Shown here: positions 48,818 through 59,185 of the stretch, in pieces
Layout of the letters: each line of letters starts with the position of its first letter
Numbering within the stretch: the first letter of the stretch is position 1
NCBI GenBank assembly: GCA_963771175.1
Contig: CAVYSY010000011.1
Coordinates: 96,001 to 160,000 of the forward strand
DNA length: 64,000 bases
From: an uncultured delta proteobacterium
Lineage (GTDB): Bacteria; Myxococcota; Myxococcia; Myxococcales; Myxococcaceae
Direction of reading: 5' to 3'
The notes under the pieces: generated by a model
What the model was told of the DNA's origin: nothing
Database searches by the model: none
Seen by the model: the letters and a program-made list of their open reading frames with translations, nothing else
Program-made: the position numbers and the translations under genes

Positions 48818-49972
48818 CTACTTGCTCTTGCCCGCGCGAGCCGCCTTGGCCTTCTCGAGCTTCTCCGCGCGGGCCGCCTTGGCCTTCTCGAGCTTCTCCG
48901 CGCGAGCCGCCTTGGCCTTCTCGAGCTTCTCCGCGAAGGCCGCCTTGGCGGCCTCCCGCTTCGCCCTGGCCTTCTCCTGCTTCTCCTCCCGAGCGGCCTT
49001 GGCGGCCTCCCGCTTCTCCTTGGCCTTCTCCAGCTTTTCCCTGAACTTCTCCTGCTTCACCTTGGCCTTCTCCAGCTGCACCACCACGCGCTGGAGTGAA
49101 CCCGCCTTCTTCTTGCACCCGGCGGCGACGGCTTTGAGCAAGGTCGGGCGGCCCTTCACCTGGATGGGGCCCTTCGCCAACTCGGGCACCTCGGTGAGCA
49201 GCTTCTCCGCCTCTTCTCCGCAGCGGACGAAGCGCTCGCGCGCGTCCGTGTACAGCGAGAGCCGTGCCTCCAGGTCACGCTCCCGCTTCGCCTTCTTCTC
49301 CAGCTCGGGTGCCTCCTGGCTCGCGCCGAGTGGCCCCGAGACGAACTCGATCACCCGCTGCGCCAGCCGGAGCCGTGTCTCCGCCTGGTTCAGGCGACGC
49401 TCGGTGCTTCGCGCGGAGGCCTCATAGTCCTCGCTCTTGGCCTCGAGCTCCTTGCCCGTCTTCAGCCGCTCCCGGGTGCGTTTGATGGCCTCTTGCACCG
49501 CCTCCACCTGCGCACGGCCCGCGTCCTTCTCGTCGAGTCCGTCGAGCGCCGTGGAGACCTCTGACATCGCCTGTACGACGTCGTCCCGCTGCTTCTCCAC
49601 GGCGGTCTCGAGCGTCTTCCGCTCGGCCTCCTCCCGGGACGTGCGCTCCCGCCGTGCGCGCTCCTCGCGAACCTTGGGAACGAGCGCCTGGAGCTCCGCG
49701 AGCTGCGAGCGGCACATCTCGGCCTCGGGAGAGAGGTCGACATCCGGGTGGGCGAGGACCTCCTTCGCCTTCGCGAGGATGGGCTCGGCGCGTTCCGGGT
49801 TCTGGTTGCGCAGTTCCTGCTCGGCCTCGTTGAGCAGCAGGGTGGCTTCGTCGGTCCGACTGTCTCCGTAGGCCTGGCGCTGCTGCTTGGTTCGGGGGCC
49901 GCAGGCGGTCACCACCACCGCGAGCAGGAGAACGGTCACCCAGGTTCGAGAGGTCGTACGTGCTGGAGTCAT
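48818..49972 (-). CDS. Putative coiled-coil lipoprotein with a C-terminal K/E/A repeat tail
   Basis: LLLAVVVTAC lipobox; helical E/K/R/A composition; EKLEKAKAARA repeats. Confidence 0.7.
   Translation of the reverse strand: MTPARTTSRTWVTVLLLAVVVTACGPRTKQQRQAYGDSRTDEATLLLNEAEQELRNQNPERAEPILAKAKEVLAHPDVDLSPEAEMCRSQLAELQALVPKVREERARRERTSREEAERKTLETAVEKQRDDVVQAMSEVSTALDGLDEKDAGRAQVEAVQEAIKRTRERLKTGKELEAKSEDYEASARSTERRLNQAETRLRLAQRVIEFVSGPLGASQEAPELEKKAKRERDLEARLSLYTDARERFVRCGEEAEKLLTEVPELAKGPIQVKGRPTLLKAVAAGCKKKAGSLQRVVVQLEKAKVKQEKFREKLEKAKEKREAAKAAREEKQEKARAKREAAKAAFAEKLEKAKAARAEKLEKAKAARAEKLEKAKAARAGKSK
48833..48931. repeat. Three near-perfect 33-bp tandem repeats (11 aa), degenerating toward about 49080
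   Basis: CGCGCGAGCCGCCTTGGCCTTCTCGAGCTTCTC at 48833, 48866 (one mismatch) and 48899. Confidence 0.9.
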
Positions 49973-50086
49973 GTGGGTCGCCATCCACCCCAAGTCGGGG
50001 CAGGGGAGAGCATGGTCCGAATGGACCACCGGAGGGAAGCCCGCCCTCGACCGCGAGTCCATGTCCGACCGCTTGAAGGCCCTGCT

Positions 50087-50455
50087 TCAGACGAGCGACT
50101 CGCCCACGATGCGCAGGAAGTCGTCGATGTCCAGCGGCTTGTGGACCAGTCGCACGCCCTCGGGAGGCCGGACCCGTGGATGAGCGGTGATCATCACCGC
50201 GCCCATGCCGCGCAGCCGCTCCTCGCGCGCCGCCTGCTCCAACATCCACCCGCCGCTCTGGCCGGGCAGCATGTAATCGGTGATGACGAGGTGGAAGGAC
50301 TCCGATCTCAATCGGTTCAGTCCCTCTTCCGCCGAACCGCTGCCGGCGACCGAATAGCCCTCGCTTTCCAGCAGGTCGGTCAGCCCTTCGCGGATGTCCT
50401 CGTTGTCCTCTACCAGGAGAATCTTCACGTTGTGTCCGGACGATACGGAGTCCAT
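50087..50455 (-). CDS. Single-domain response regulator (CheY-like)
   Basis: KILLVEDN, ITDYMLPG, MITA, HKP. It is the C-terminal part of ORF 50087..52144. Confidence 0.85.
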   Translation of the reverse strand: MDSVSSGHNVKILLVEDNEDIREGLTDLLESEGYSVAGSGSAEEGLNRLRSESFHLVITDYMLPGQSGGWMLEQAAREERLRGMGAVMITAHPRVRPPEGVRLVHKPLDIDDFLRIVGESLV

Positions 50456-50575
50456 CTCTCGGAGAACGGGAGTCTCCCGCGTCCGGCCACGTCCAGGAAG
50501 CCCTCTCGATGCCGGGGTCGCCGGGAGCTGTTGACTACCGTATTCCCGGACCCGGGGGCGTGACAGGATGGAGGC

Positions 50576-52315
50576 GTGTCGCTCGCCTGGCTCGCCCTGA
50601 TCGCCGCGCCGCTGCTGGTCGCGACCCCCACCGCGCCCGCCGAGGGCTACGAGGATGCGCTCGTGCAGTGGGGGCTGGCTCAGCACGGCCACCCGCTCGA
50701 GCCCGCCCCCGAGGGCAAGCGTCTGGAAGAGGTGCTGGTGGCCTCCGAGGACGTCGTCGCCCAGAGCGACCCGTACCCGTCGCTGCTCAACATCTTCCAC
50801 GCGCGCACCCGGGATGTGGTCGTCCGGCGCGAGGTGCTCCTGGAGCCGGGCAGGCCCTACGTGCCCGCGCTCGCGGAGGAGACGGCGCGCAACCTGCGCA
50901 AGCTGGGCATCTTCGCGGTGGTGCGCGTGCTGCCAGTGCGGGGCTCCACGCCGGACACGGTGTCGCTGCTGGTCATCACCAAGGACCTGTGGTCGCTGCG
51001 GCTCAACCAGGACGTCCAGTTGGTGGGGCCCCTGGTGCAGGCCCTGCGCCTGCAGGCCACCGAGCAGAACTTCCTCGGGCTCAACAAGAAGGTGGCGTTG
51101 GATTTCCTGCTGCGCCGGGACTCGCTGAGCCTCGGGCAGACGTACGTGGATTCCCGCCTGGGTGGTAGCCGCTGGTCCCTCAACGAGAACGCCAACCTCA
51201 TCCTCGGGCACGAGAACGGTGGGCTCGAGGGCACCCGGGGCAGTGTGCTGCTGTCGCGGCCCTTCTTCTCGCTCGATACGCCTTGGAGCGTCCAGGCGCA
51301 GGCGGTGTGGCGCGTGCAGCCCGTCCGCATCTTCCGTGGCGCCGAGGTGTGGGCGCTGCCGTACCCCGGTGGCGGGACGGTGCCTTATGTCTACGACGCT
51401 CGCGAGCTCAGCGGCAGCACGCTGTACCTGCGCTCCTGGGGCGCGCGGTACAAGCTGGACGCCGGAGGGGGGCTCGGCGCGTACCACCGGCGTTATGGGG
51501 CTCCGGCGGACTCCGCGCTGGACGAGGCCCAGCGCGCCTGGCTGCGTGACACCCTCCTGCCTCGCAGCGAGGACGCCACGTATGTCCTCGGCTATGCGCG
51601 CGTCTGGGAGACCCGCTACGAGGTGATGCGCGACGTGGACTCGTACGCCCTCTCCGAGGACTACCAGGTGGGGCACTACGTCACCGCCACGGCGCGCTAC
51701 GCGCCCGCGTTGCTGGCCTCCGCGGGGAACTTCGCCGAGGTGGGCCTCACCGGCCGCTACCGCATCCGCCTGGGCGATGCCCTCTCCTCGGTGGCCGCCG
51801 CCGCCTCCGTGCGCCGGGTGCTCGGTGGGGAAGGGCAGGGGCGGTGGGTCAACCGCCGCTGGGCCGCCGAGGTGCAGCAGGTGTCTCCGAAGGTGCTCGG
51901 CGGGCGCTTCGTGGTCCGCGGCCTGCTGGACGTGAACATCGACGACCTGAACGAGCGCGTGCTGCTGCTCGGTGGCGGCAATGGCCTGCGAGGCGCTCGG
52001 CCCGAGGCGTACTCGGGGAAGCGAGTGGCCCTGGTCAACGTGGAGTACCGCACCGCGCCCCTCGTCATCCACACGGTGCACCTGGGCGGCGTGCTGTTCT
52101 ACGACACGGGCTCGGCGTTCGATGAGCGCCCGAGCGTCGTCCACTCGGTGGGCCTGGGCCTGCGGCTGCTCTTCCCACAGTTCAACACCTACCCGTTCCG
52201 GCTCGACTTCGGGTACGTCATCAATGATGACCGGCCCGCGTTCTCCGGACGCTTCTCCTTCAGCGGCGGGCAGGTGACGGAGTTCCGGCCCGCGTTCCTC
52301 GATGCTCCGCTCTAG
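50576..52315 (+). CDS. Omp85 (BamA/TamA-like) outer membrane protein with one POTRA domain
   Basis: TRDVVVRREVLL...ETARNLRKLGIF POTRA; EQNFLG; LLGGGNGLRG; NVEYR; FYDTG; SVGLGLR; RLDFG. Confidence 0.8.
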   Translation: MSLAWLALIAAPLLVATPTAPAEGYEDALVQWGLAQHGHPLEPAPEGKRLEEVLVASEDVVAQSDPYPSLLNIFHARTRDVVVRREVLLEPGRPYVPALAEETARNLRKLGIFAVVRVLPVRGSTPDTVSLLVITKDLWSLRLNQDVQLVGPLVQALRLQATEQNFLGLNKKVALDFLLRRDSLSLGQTYVDSRLGGSRWSLNENANLILGHENGGLEGTRGSVLLSRPFFSLDTPWSVQAQAVWRVQPVRIFRGAEVWALPYPGGGTVPYVYDARELSGSTLYLRSWGARYKLDAGGGLGAYHRRYGAPADSALDEAQRAWLRDTLLPRSEDATYVLGYARVWETRYEVMRDVDSYALSEDYQVGHYVTATARYAPALLASAGNFAEVGLTGRYRIRLGDALSSVAAAASVRRVLGGEGQGRWVNRRWAAEVQQVSPKVLGGRFVVRGLLDVNIDDLNERVLLLGGGNGLRGARPEAYSGKRVALVNVEYRTAPLVIHTVHLGGVLFYDTGSAFDERPSVVHSVGLGLRLLFPQFNTYPFRLDFGYVINDDRPAFSGRFSFSGGQVTEFRPAFLDAPL

Positions 52316-53693
52316 ATTCCTTGCAGACCCCGCGAGGCTCGCCGCGCTGGGGGCGTTCCTCTCGGTGCTGGTGGCGGCGCTCGCGCGGGGCCGCGTCCAC
52401 CCGGATGAGGTCTTCCAGTTCCTGGAGCCGGCTCACGGGCTGGCCTTCGGCTACCGCGTGGTCGCCTGGGAGTGGGTGGAGGGCCTGCGCAATTGGGCGG
52501 TGCCCGGAGTGCTCGGGGGGCTGCTCGTGCTGTGCCGGGCCATCGGGCTCGAGCACCCGTGGGCGATGGCCGCGCTCGTGTGGTGCGTCTGCGCCGGAGT
52601 GCAGGCCGCGGGGACGCTGCTGCTGTTCCGGCTCGTGGAGGAGCGGGACGGTCGCGAGGCGGCGCTCCTGGCCGCGGGGGTCCACGCCACCTGGGGCGGG
52701 TTCCTCATCTATGCCGCGAGGCCACTCGGAGATGTGCTGAGCGTGGTGCCCCTGCTGGGCGCGCTGCTGTGGGCCCAGCGTGCTCGCGACCGGGGCGGGC
52801 TCTGGGATGGGCTGTGGAGTGGCGTGCTGCTGGGGCTGGCGTTCGTCATCCGCTATCCCTCGGCGGTCTTCGGCGTGCCCCTCGCCGTGAGCCTGCTGGG
52901 GGCCCGGCGCTGGCGCTCGCTCGCGGGCCTCGCGGTGGGGACGGGCGCGGTGCTGCTGGGGCTCGGGGTGCTCGACTGGCTCACCTGGGGAACGCCCTGG
53001 TTCTCCGGCTGGCGCTACTTCGACTTCAACATCGCCAGCGGCTCCTCGGCGTCTCAGTTCGGCCGGCAGCCGTGGTGGTGGTACGCGCCCATCTTCGCCG
53101 GCATGGCGCCCCTGCTGCTCGTCTGGCACTTCCTGCGAGGGCTGGCCCGGAGAGACCTGCTCGTGGGGGCCTTCGTCTTCTACCTCGGGGTGGTGAGCGC
53201 GCTCGGGCACAAGGAGGCGCGCTTCCTGGTGCCACTGCTGCCCCTCTTCGTCGCCCTCGCGGCCGGCCCCGCCGCGTACGACCTCTCCCGTCTGTCCGGC
53301 AGGAGCGGGGTGCCGAGACTCCTGGTGGGCCTGTACGTGCTCTCCTCCGTGGCGGCGGCCACCGTGCTGTTTCCGCTCGGGCTGCGCCAGGGCGTGATCG
53401 ATGCCACCGTCTCCGCGGGCAGGGACGCTTCACTCACCGGGTTCATCATCGCCGGCCCGCCCGAGTGGAACACCGGCGGTCGCTTCTACCTGCACCGGGA
53501 CGTGCCGCTGTTCGTGAGCGCCGGACGCCCCGAGGAGGAATTGCGCGAGCGGCTCGCGGATGCGCGATTCTCCCATGCGCTCGTGGATGGCAAGGCGGTG
53601 GACGAGGACGCTCTGCGCTCGGCCGGGTTCTGCCTCCAGCGGCGCTGGGGCTCGGTGGCGCTCTGGAAGCGCTGTCCGGCCCCGAGCCCCTAA
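52302..53693 (+). CDS. GT22-family (PIG-B/Alg9-like) polytopic mannosyltransferase
   Basis: HPDEVFQFLEPAH, WEW..GLR, FGRQPWWWY, HKEARFLVPLLP; many TM helices. Confidence 0.8.
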   Translation: MLRSRFLADPARLAALGAFLSVLVAALARGRVHPDEVFQFLEPAHGLAFGYRVVAWEWVEGLRNWAVPGVLGGLLVLCRAIGLEHPWAMAALVWCVCAGVQAAGTLLLFRLVEERDGREAALLAAGVHATWGGFLIYAARPLGDVLSVVPLLGALLWAQRARDRGGLWDGLWSGVLLGLAFVIRYPSAVFGVPLAVSLLGARRWRSLAGLAVGTGAVLLGLGVLDWLTWGTPWFSGWRYFDFNIASGSSASQFGRQPWWWYAPIFAGMAPLLLVWHFLRGLARRDLLVGAFVFYLGVVSALGHKEARFLVPLLPLFVALAAGPAAYDLSRLSGRSGVPRLLVGLYVLSSVAAATVLFPLGLRQGVIDATVSAGRDASLTGFIIAGPPEWNTGGRFYLHRDVPLFVSAGRPEEELRERLADARFSHALVDGKAVDEDALRSAGFCLQRRWGSVALWKRCPAPSP

Positions 53694-55504
53694 CCGTTGA
53701 TCTGATACTTCCGGGCGATCTCCGTCACCTCGCGGGTGACGGCCTGGAGCGTCTCGGTGGCCTGGAGCGTGGTGTCCAGCCGCTTCAGCGTCTCGTCCAT
53801 TCCGGACGAGATGTGGGCGATGGCGTTGAAGATGTGCGAGATGCCCGCGTTCTGCTGGTTCACCGCGGAGGCGATCTGCCGCACGGCCGCGGCGTTCTCC
53901 TGGATGATGAGCGACATCTCGCGCAGGTTGTTGCCCGAGGACTTCACCATCTCCAGGCCTCCCTCGACCTGTTTGGCTCCCTCCTCGCTCATGGAGACCA
54001 CGTCCCGGATGGCGGTGCCGATGTCCAGCAGGCTCTTGCGGATGAGGGCGTTCTCCCGGATGGTCTGGTCGGCCAGCTTGCGAATCTCACTGGCGACCAC
54101 GGCGAAGCCCGCGCCCTGGTCTCCGGCGCGCGCGGCCTCGATGGAGGCATTGAGCGCCAGCAGGTGGGACTGGTCGGCCAGGTCCTTCACCGTGACGGCG
54201 ATGCTGGCGATCTTCGTGGCGCTCTCCTGCAGCCGCAGCACCTTGCCGCGGATGCCGTTCACGAACTCGCGGATGGTGTTCAGCCCGGAGAGGGTCTGTT
54301 CGATGGCCTCTTCGCCGTAATGGCCGAGCTTCTCGGCGTGGCCGGCCACGCTCAGCACGCTCTCGGCCTTGTGGGACGCCAGCTCGGAGGTGGTGCGGAT
54401 CTCCTCAGAGGTGAGGTGGGCCTCCTGGAGCATGGCGGCCTGCTCGGTGAGGCTCTGGCGCTGCTGGTTGCTCGCGGAGCCGAGCGCCGTGCCCGCGGAG
54501 AGCAGCAGCCGGGAGGAGGCATGCAGGCGGGTGGGAATCTCCTGGAGCCGCTCCAGGACCGTGACCATGCCCGCGGCGAGGTCCCCAATCTCGTCGGTGG
54601 AGGCCCAGCGGGGAGGGAAGGGGGTGCCGTTGGCCAGCGCCTCGATGGCCTCCTGGAGCGCCGCCGTGGCCCGCACCTGTCGGCGTGCCAGCATCCAGGC
54701 GGAGATCGAGGGGACGAGGAGGATGAAGGCCCCCAGCGCCAACAAGGGGGGTCCCAGCGTCGAGAGCAGGGTGTCGCTGAAGCCCTGGAGCTTCGCGGTG
54801 AGCAGCTCGGCCTGGGCGGGGGTGAGGGTCGGGTCCGTGAGGATGGCCTTCACCTGCGAGTCGCGCACGTCGAGCGTCTGGATGAAGATGACCAGCCCCG
54901 TGAGCAGCAGGGTGCTCGCCAGGGAGGCGCCGAACGCGTAGGGCAGGTACCAGCGCTGCCTGGGCCAGAAGACTCCGTGGCCGCTGGCGCGCACGCGCAG
55001 GCGGTTGCGCTCCTCGAGCACGTAGGGCATCAGCAACTGCTCGAGCTTGATGCCCACGGGGATGGACAGCACCAGCCCGAAGGTGGCGGCGACGAGGAGA
55101 CCGAATCCCGCCATCAGGGGGTTCTTGTCGAACCAGAGCACCTGGGGGATGGCGAGGAGGACTCCGCCCGCGAGGGAGGTGACCTGGGTTCCCATGAAGG
55201 CGAGCTTCCAGGGCAGCATCTGCAGGCGGATGAGGCGCTCTCGTGGGGGCTCGTTGGGAACGGCGCGGAAGCCGCGTCGGAGCATCGTGGACAGGCCCAT
55301 CCAGGGCAGGAGGACGCCCGCCACCACGAAAGCGGGAGGCACCAGGAGGAGGAGGGGCCCGATGATGTCCTGTGCCGACAACCCGAGCGACAACCCGAGG
55401 AGGTAGGCCGCGATGGGCGTGGAGGGGGCGATCCACGACATCACGGTGAGGAGGGTCCGTCGGAGGAGCTGAGAGGGGACGGTCTGCGGGGGGGAGCCGT
55501 TCAT
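53690..55504 (-). CDS. Methyl-accepting chemotaxis protein
   Basis: Multi-TM N-terminus; HAMP (DEIGDLA); LLALNASIEAARAGDQGAGFAVVASEIRKLA hairpin. Confidence 0.92.
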   Translation of the reverse strand: MNGSPPQTVPSQLLRRTLLTVMSWIAPSTPIAAYLLGLSLGLSAQDIIGPLLLLVPPAFVVAGVLLPWMGLSTMLRRGFRAVPNEPPRERLIRLQMLPWKLAFMGTQVTSLAGGVLLAIPQVLWFDKNPLMAGFGLLVAATFGLVLSIPVGIKLEQLLMPYVLEERNRLRVRASGHGVFWPRQRWYLPYAFGASLASTLLLTGLVIFIQTLDVRDSQVKAILTDPTLTPAQAELLTAKLQGFSDTLLSTLGPPLLALGAFILLVPSISAWMLARRQVRATAALQEAIEALANGTPFPPRWASTDEIGDLAAGMVTVLERLQEIPTRLHASSRLLLSAGTALGSASNQQRQSLTEQAAMLQEAHLTSEEIRTTSELASHKAESVLSVAGHAEKLGHYGEEAIEQTLSGLNTIREFVNGIRGKVLRLQESATKIASIAVTVKDLADQSHLLALNASIEAARAGDQGAGFAVVASEIRKLADQTIRENALIRKSLLDIGTAIRDVVSMSEEGAKQVEGGLEMVKSSGNNLREMSLIIQENAAAVRQIASAVNQQNAGISHIFNAIAHISSGMDETLKRLDTTLQATETLQAVTREVTEIARKYQING

Positions 55505-55638
55505 GAGGCGTGGCCATTCTCCCAGAGGGAGGGGTGGCGGGGGGAACCACGGGGGGGGACAAGCGCGGCGCCTGCCTGGGTACTCGTCTGGCGAACAGAT
55601 GGTAGCGCGGCTCGGCCTCGAAGTGTGGGGCGCGAGCG

Positions 55639-56403
55639 CTAGGGAGGCACCGTTCCCAGCAGCTCCCGGAAGAGAACCTCCGCCACGTCCCGGAAGAGCT
55701 CCCCCGAGGCCAGGAGCCCACCGCAGTGGTGCGGCTCCCTCGCCAGTGTGAGTGCCACGCACTTTCCGAGTACCTCGTCCCAGAAGGATTCCGAGTCGGG
55801 TGGGAGGAGGTACTCCCGGATGATGTTTCGGGGCCAGGGCAGCACCGTCGTCGGATCCGCGTCGCTCAGGCTGGTGAAACAGTCCAGGTCCACGTCCAGC
55901 AGCACCCGCTCGGCCGCCTCCAGCACCTCGCGCACCGCGTCACCGGGCGCGGGCGAGCGGAAGGCCACCGCCGCCCGGTCCACCGTGGGCACCACCACCA
56001 GCCGGTGCGAGCGTCCCCGCGTGTCCACGTACACGTCCCCCGCGAACGTGCCCCGGGGCCGCCCCCGGGCGAGCACCAGCGCATCTCCCACGAGCCCCGC
56101 CTCCATCGCCGCCAGCACGTGGTCGTAGTTGCGCACGTCCAGCGCCCACCGCGCGTGCTCGTCCAGGGCCCTCAGCCCCGCCGAGCGGTCCGGCACCGCC
56201 TCGGGCGCCGCCGGCACCACCAGGTCCAGGTGCCGGTCCAGCGTCACCAGCAGCGCCGCCGGCCCGTCCTCCAGCGCGCAGGCCCATGCGGGCAGCGCCA
56301 GCCGGTGCGGGTCGAACACGTACGCGTCCGTGGGGCCCCGACCGCCGCCGAGCGACAGCCGGATGACGCCCGCGAGGCGGAGATGTCTCTGCGAATCATC
56401 CAT
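55639..56403 (-). CDS. UPF0489-like (arginase/deacetylase-fold) protein
   Basis: VFDPH, TLDRHLDL and LLDVDLDCF metal-binding motifs. Confidence 0.65.
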   Translation of the reverse strand: MDDSQRHLRLAGVIRLSLGGGRGPTDAYVFDPHRLALPAWACALEDGPAALLVTLDRHLDLVVPAAPEAVPDRSAGLRALDEHARWALDVRNYDHVLAAMEAGLVGDALVLARGRPRGTFAGDVYVDTRGRSHRLVVVPTVDRAAVAFRSPAPGDAVREVLEAAERVLLDVDLDCFTSLSDADPTTVLPWPRNIIREYLLPPDSESFWDEVLGKCVALTLAREPHHCGGLLASGELFRDVAEVLFRELLGTVPP

Positions 56404-56522
56404 CACCGGGAATATCCGTTCCCGCGCCGCACTTTGCGGGCCGCGCGCCGTCAGGAGTGTAGGCTGCGCGCGGCTCCTACCCAAGAAGGAGGCATCGCCC
56501 GTTTCACGGGCGCCCGTCCCGC

Positions 56523-58744
56523 ATGCGCATCCTGCTCGCCGCGCTCCTCGTCCTCGTGAGCGCCTCCGTCCTCGCCCAGCCGCAGCAGACCCCAGCCAAG
56601 ACCATGAACGCCTCGCAAGACGCCTTCCTGCGGGACTACGCGGAGACGCGCCGCTTCATGAGCGGACGTCCCGTCAGCCCCCGCACTCACCCCCGACGAG
56701 AAGACCGTCCTCTTCCTGCGCGGCCAGCCCCGCGCCCCCATCCAGACCCTCTTCGCCTTCGACGTGGCCACTGGTGAGACGAAGGAGGTCCTCACCCCCG
56801 AGGCCATCCTCAAGGGCACCGAGGAGACGCTCTCTCCCGAGGAGAAGGCCCGCCGCGAGCGCATGCGCGTGAGCGCCCGGGGCTTCACCAGCTACCAACT
56901 CTCCGAGGACGGCTCGCGCATCCTCGTGCCGCTCTCCGGCAAGCTCTACATCGTCGAGCGCGCCACCGGGAAGTCCACCGAGCTGAAGACGGGCGCGGGC
57001 GTCATCGACCCGCGCTTCTCCCCCGACGGCCAGCAGGTGGCCTACGTCCGGGACAACGACGTGTTCCGCATCGAGCTGGCCTCCAACAAGGAGCGCCGTG
57101 TCACCAGCGGCGGCTACGGAGGCGAAGACCCACGGCCTGGCCGAGTTCGTCGCGCAGGAGGAGATGAGCCGCTTCTCCGGCTGGTGGTGGAGCCCGGACG
57201 CGAAGTCCATCGCCTACACCGAGTCGGACACCTCGGGGGTGGAGAAGCTCTCCATCATCGACGTGATGCACCCCGAGCGCGGCGCCGAGGACTCCTCCTA
57301 CCCGCGTCCGGGCAAGGCCAACGCGAAGGTGCGCCTGGGCATCACTCCCGTCACCGGCGGGAAGACGGTCTGGGCGCAGTGGGACGCGGAGCAGTACCCG
57401 TACCTCGCCACCGTGGTGTGGCCGAAGAAGGGCCCCCTCACCGTGCTGGTGCAGAACCGCACGCAGACGGAGGAGAAGCTGCTCGCGGTGGACGTGGCCA
57501 CCGGCAAGACGCGCGAGCTGCTCACCGAGAAGGATGACGCCTGGCTGGAGCTGGAGCAGACCTTCCCCCTGTGGCTGGAGGATGGCGGCGGCTTCCTCTG
57601 GTACACCGAGCGCAATGGCGGCCCCGAGGTGGAGCTGCGCAACGCGGACGGCAGCCTCGCGCGCTCGCTGGTGAAGCCGGACGCGGGCTTCCGCAACCTC
57701 GCCCGCTACGTGGAGAAGGACCACACCGTCTACTTCGTGGGCGGCCCCATCCCCTCCGAGAGCTACCTGTGGCGCGTGAAGGACGGCGGGGCCCCGGAGC
57801 TGGTGCGCCCTGGCACCACCGGCCCGGCCGAGGAGGCGGGCACCGTCTCCAAGTCCGGCGGGCTGTTCGTCATCACCCACTCGAGCCCCACCTCCATGCC
57901 GCGCACCTACGTGGTGCGCGCGGACGGCACCCGCGTGGGCGAGCTGCCCTCGGTGGCGGTGGAGCCCTCCTTCACCCCCGTGGTGGAGTTCCGCGAGGTG
58001 GGCCCGCTGAAGTTCCAGTCCTCGCTGGTGCGCCCGCGCAACGCGAAGCCCGGCCAGAAGCTGCCCCTCGTCGTCGAGGTGTACGCCGGCCCCACCGTCA
58101 CCGTCGTCCACAAGAGCATGGCCCCCCACCTCCTCTCGCAGTGGATGGCGGACCAGGGCTTCCTCATCGTCCGCTTCGACGGCCGAGGCACCCCGCTGCG
58201 CGGCTCGAAGTGGCAGCGCGAGGTGCACCTGGACTTCTCCGGCGTGACGATTGAAGACCAGGCCGCCGCCGTCCAGGCGCTCGCCGCCGTGGTGCCCGAG
58301 GTGGACCTGCAGCGCGTGGGCATCGAGGGCTGGAGCTTCGGTGGCTACGCCTCCGCGCTCGCCGTCCTCAAGCGCCCGGACGTCTTCAAGGCCGCCGTGG
58401 CCGGCGCCCCGGTGGTGGACTGGCTCGACTACGACACCCACTACACCGAGCGCTACCTCGGCCTGCCCCAGCAGCACCCCGAGGCCTACGAGAAGAGCTC
58501 GCTGCTCACCTACGCCCAGGACACCGGCAAGCCGCTGCCTCCGCTGCTCCTCATCCACGGCACCGCGGACGACAACGTCTACTTCTTCCACACGCTCAAG
58601 CTGTCCGACGCGCTCTTCCGCGCCGGCAAGCACCATGAGTTGCTGCCCCTCAGCGGCCTCACCCACATGGTGCCGGATCCGCTCGTCACCCAGCGCCAGT
58701 ACGAGTGGGTGATGAACCACTTCAAGCGCAACCTGGCGAAGTAG
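56523..58744 (+). CDS. S9B dipeptidyl peptidase IV; frameshifts near 56685 and 57115
   Basis: Signal peptide; GLAEFVAQEEM, WWSPD, YPRPG, GWSFGG, YDTHYTERY, HGTADDNV. Confidence 0.92.
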
Positions 58745-58764
58745 CGGCAGGCGCCCGCAAAGAG

Positions 58765-58801
58765 AAAGGCCCGGCTCCCTCTGGGGAGACCGGGCCTTTT
58801 T
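58765..58801. terminator. Bidirectional intrinsic terminator between convergent DPP-IV and cold-shock genes
   Basis: AAAGGCCCGGCTCCC-TCT-GGGGAGACCGGGCCTTTTT. Confidence 0.85.
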
Positions 58802-58836
58802 CCGAGGCCACTATCCGTGAGGAGTGGCTCGGGACT

Positions 58837-59040
58837 TCAGGCGGCGCGAACGTTCTGCGCCTGCAGGCCCTTGGGGCCGCGGGCGACCTCGAACTCCACC
58901 TTCTGTCCCTCGGCGAGGGTCCGGAACCCATCCATGTTGATGGCGGTGTGGTGGCAGAACACGTCCTCGCCACCGCCGTCCTGCACGATGAATCCAAAGC
59001 CCTTCGCGTCGTTGAACCACTTCACGGTACCAGTCGCCAT
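58837..59040 (-). CDS. Cold-shock protein (CspA family)
   Basis: [18 protein letters not shown]...DVFCHH...GPKGLQA. Confidence 0.96.
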   Translation of the reverse strand: MATGTVKWFNDAKGFGFIVQDGGGEDVFCHHTAINMDGFRTLAEGQKVEFEVARGPKGLQAQNVRAA

Positions 59041-59185
59041 TGTGCTTCCTCGTCAAAAGCTGGCTTGTGGCCAGCTGATCTCCCGTCCCCCGACTGCCGG
59101 GTGACACGAGGAAGGGTAAGCGGGCAGCCGAGCGCCTGTCTAGCCGGCTGCCCTGTTTTTCCTGGGTGGTCCGTTTAACCGGTTT

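Noticed and set aside
52472..55642. 1056-aa plus-strand ORF
   Set aside because: Shadow ORF: out of frame over the GT22 gene and antisense to the MCP, with Arg/Gly/Ala-rich sequence and no motifs, as expected at high GC.
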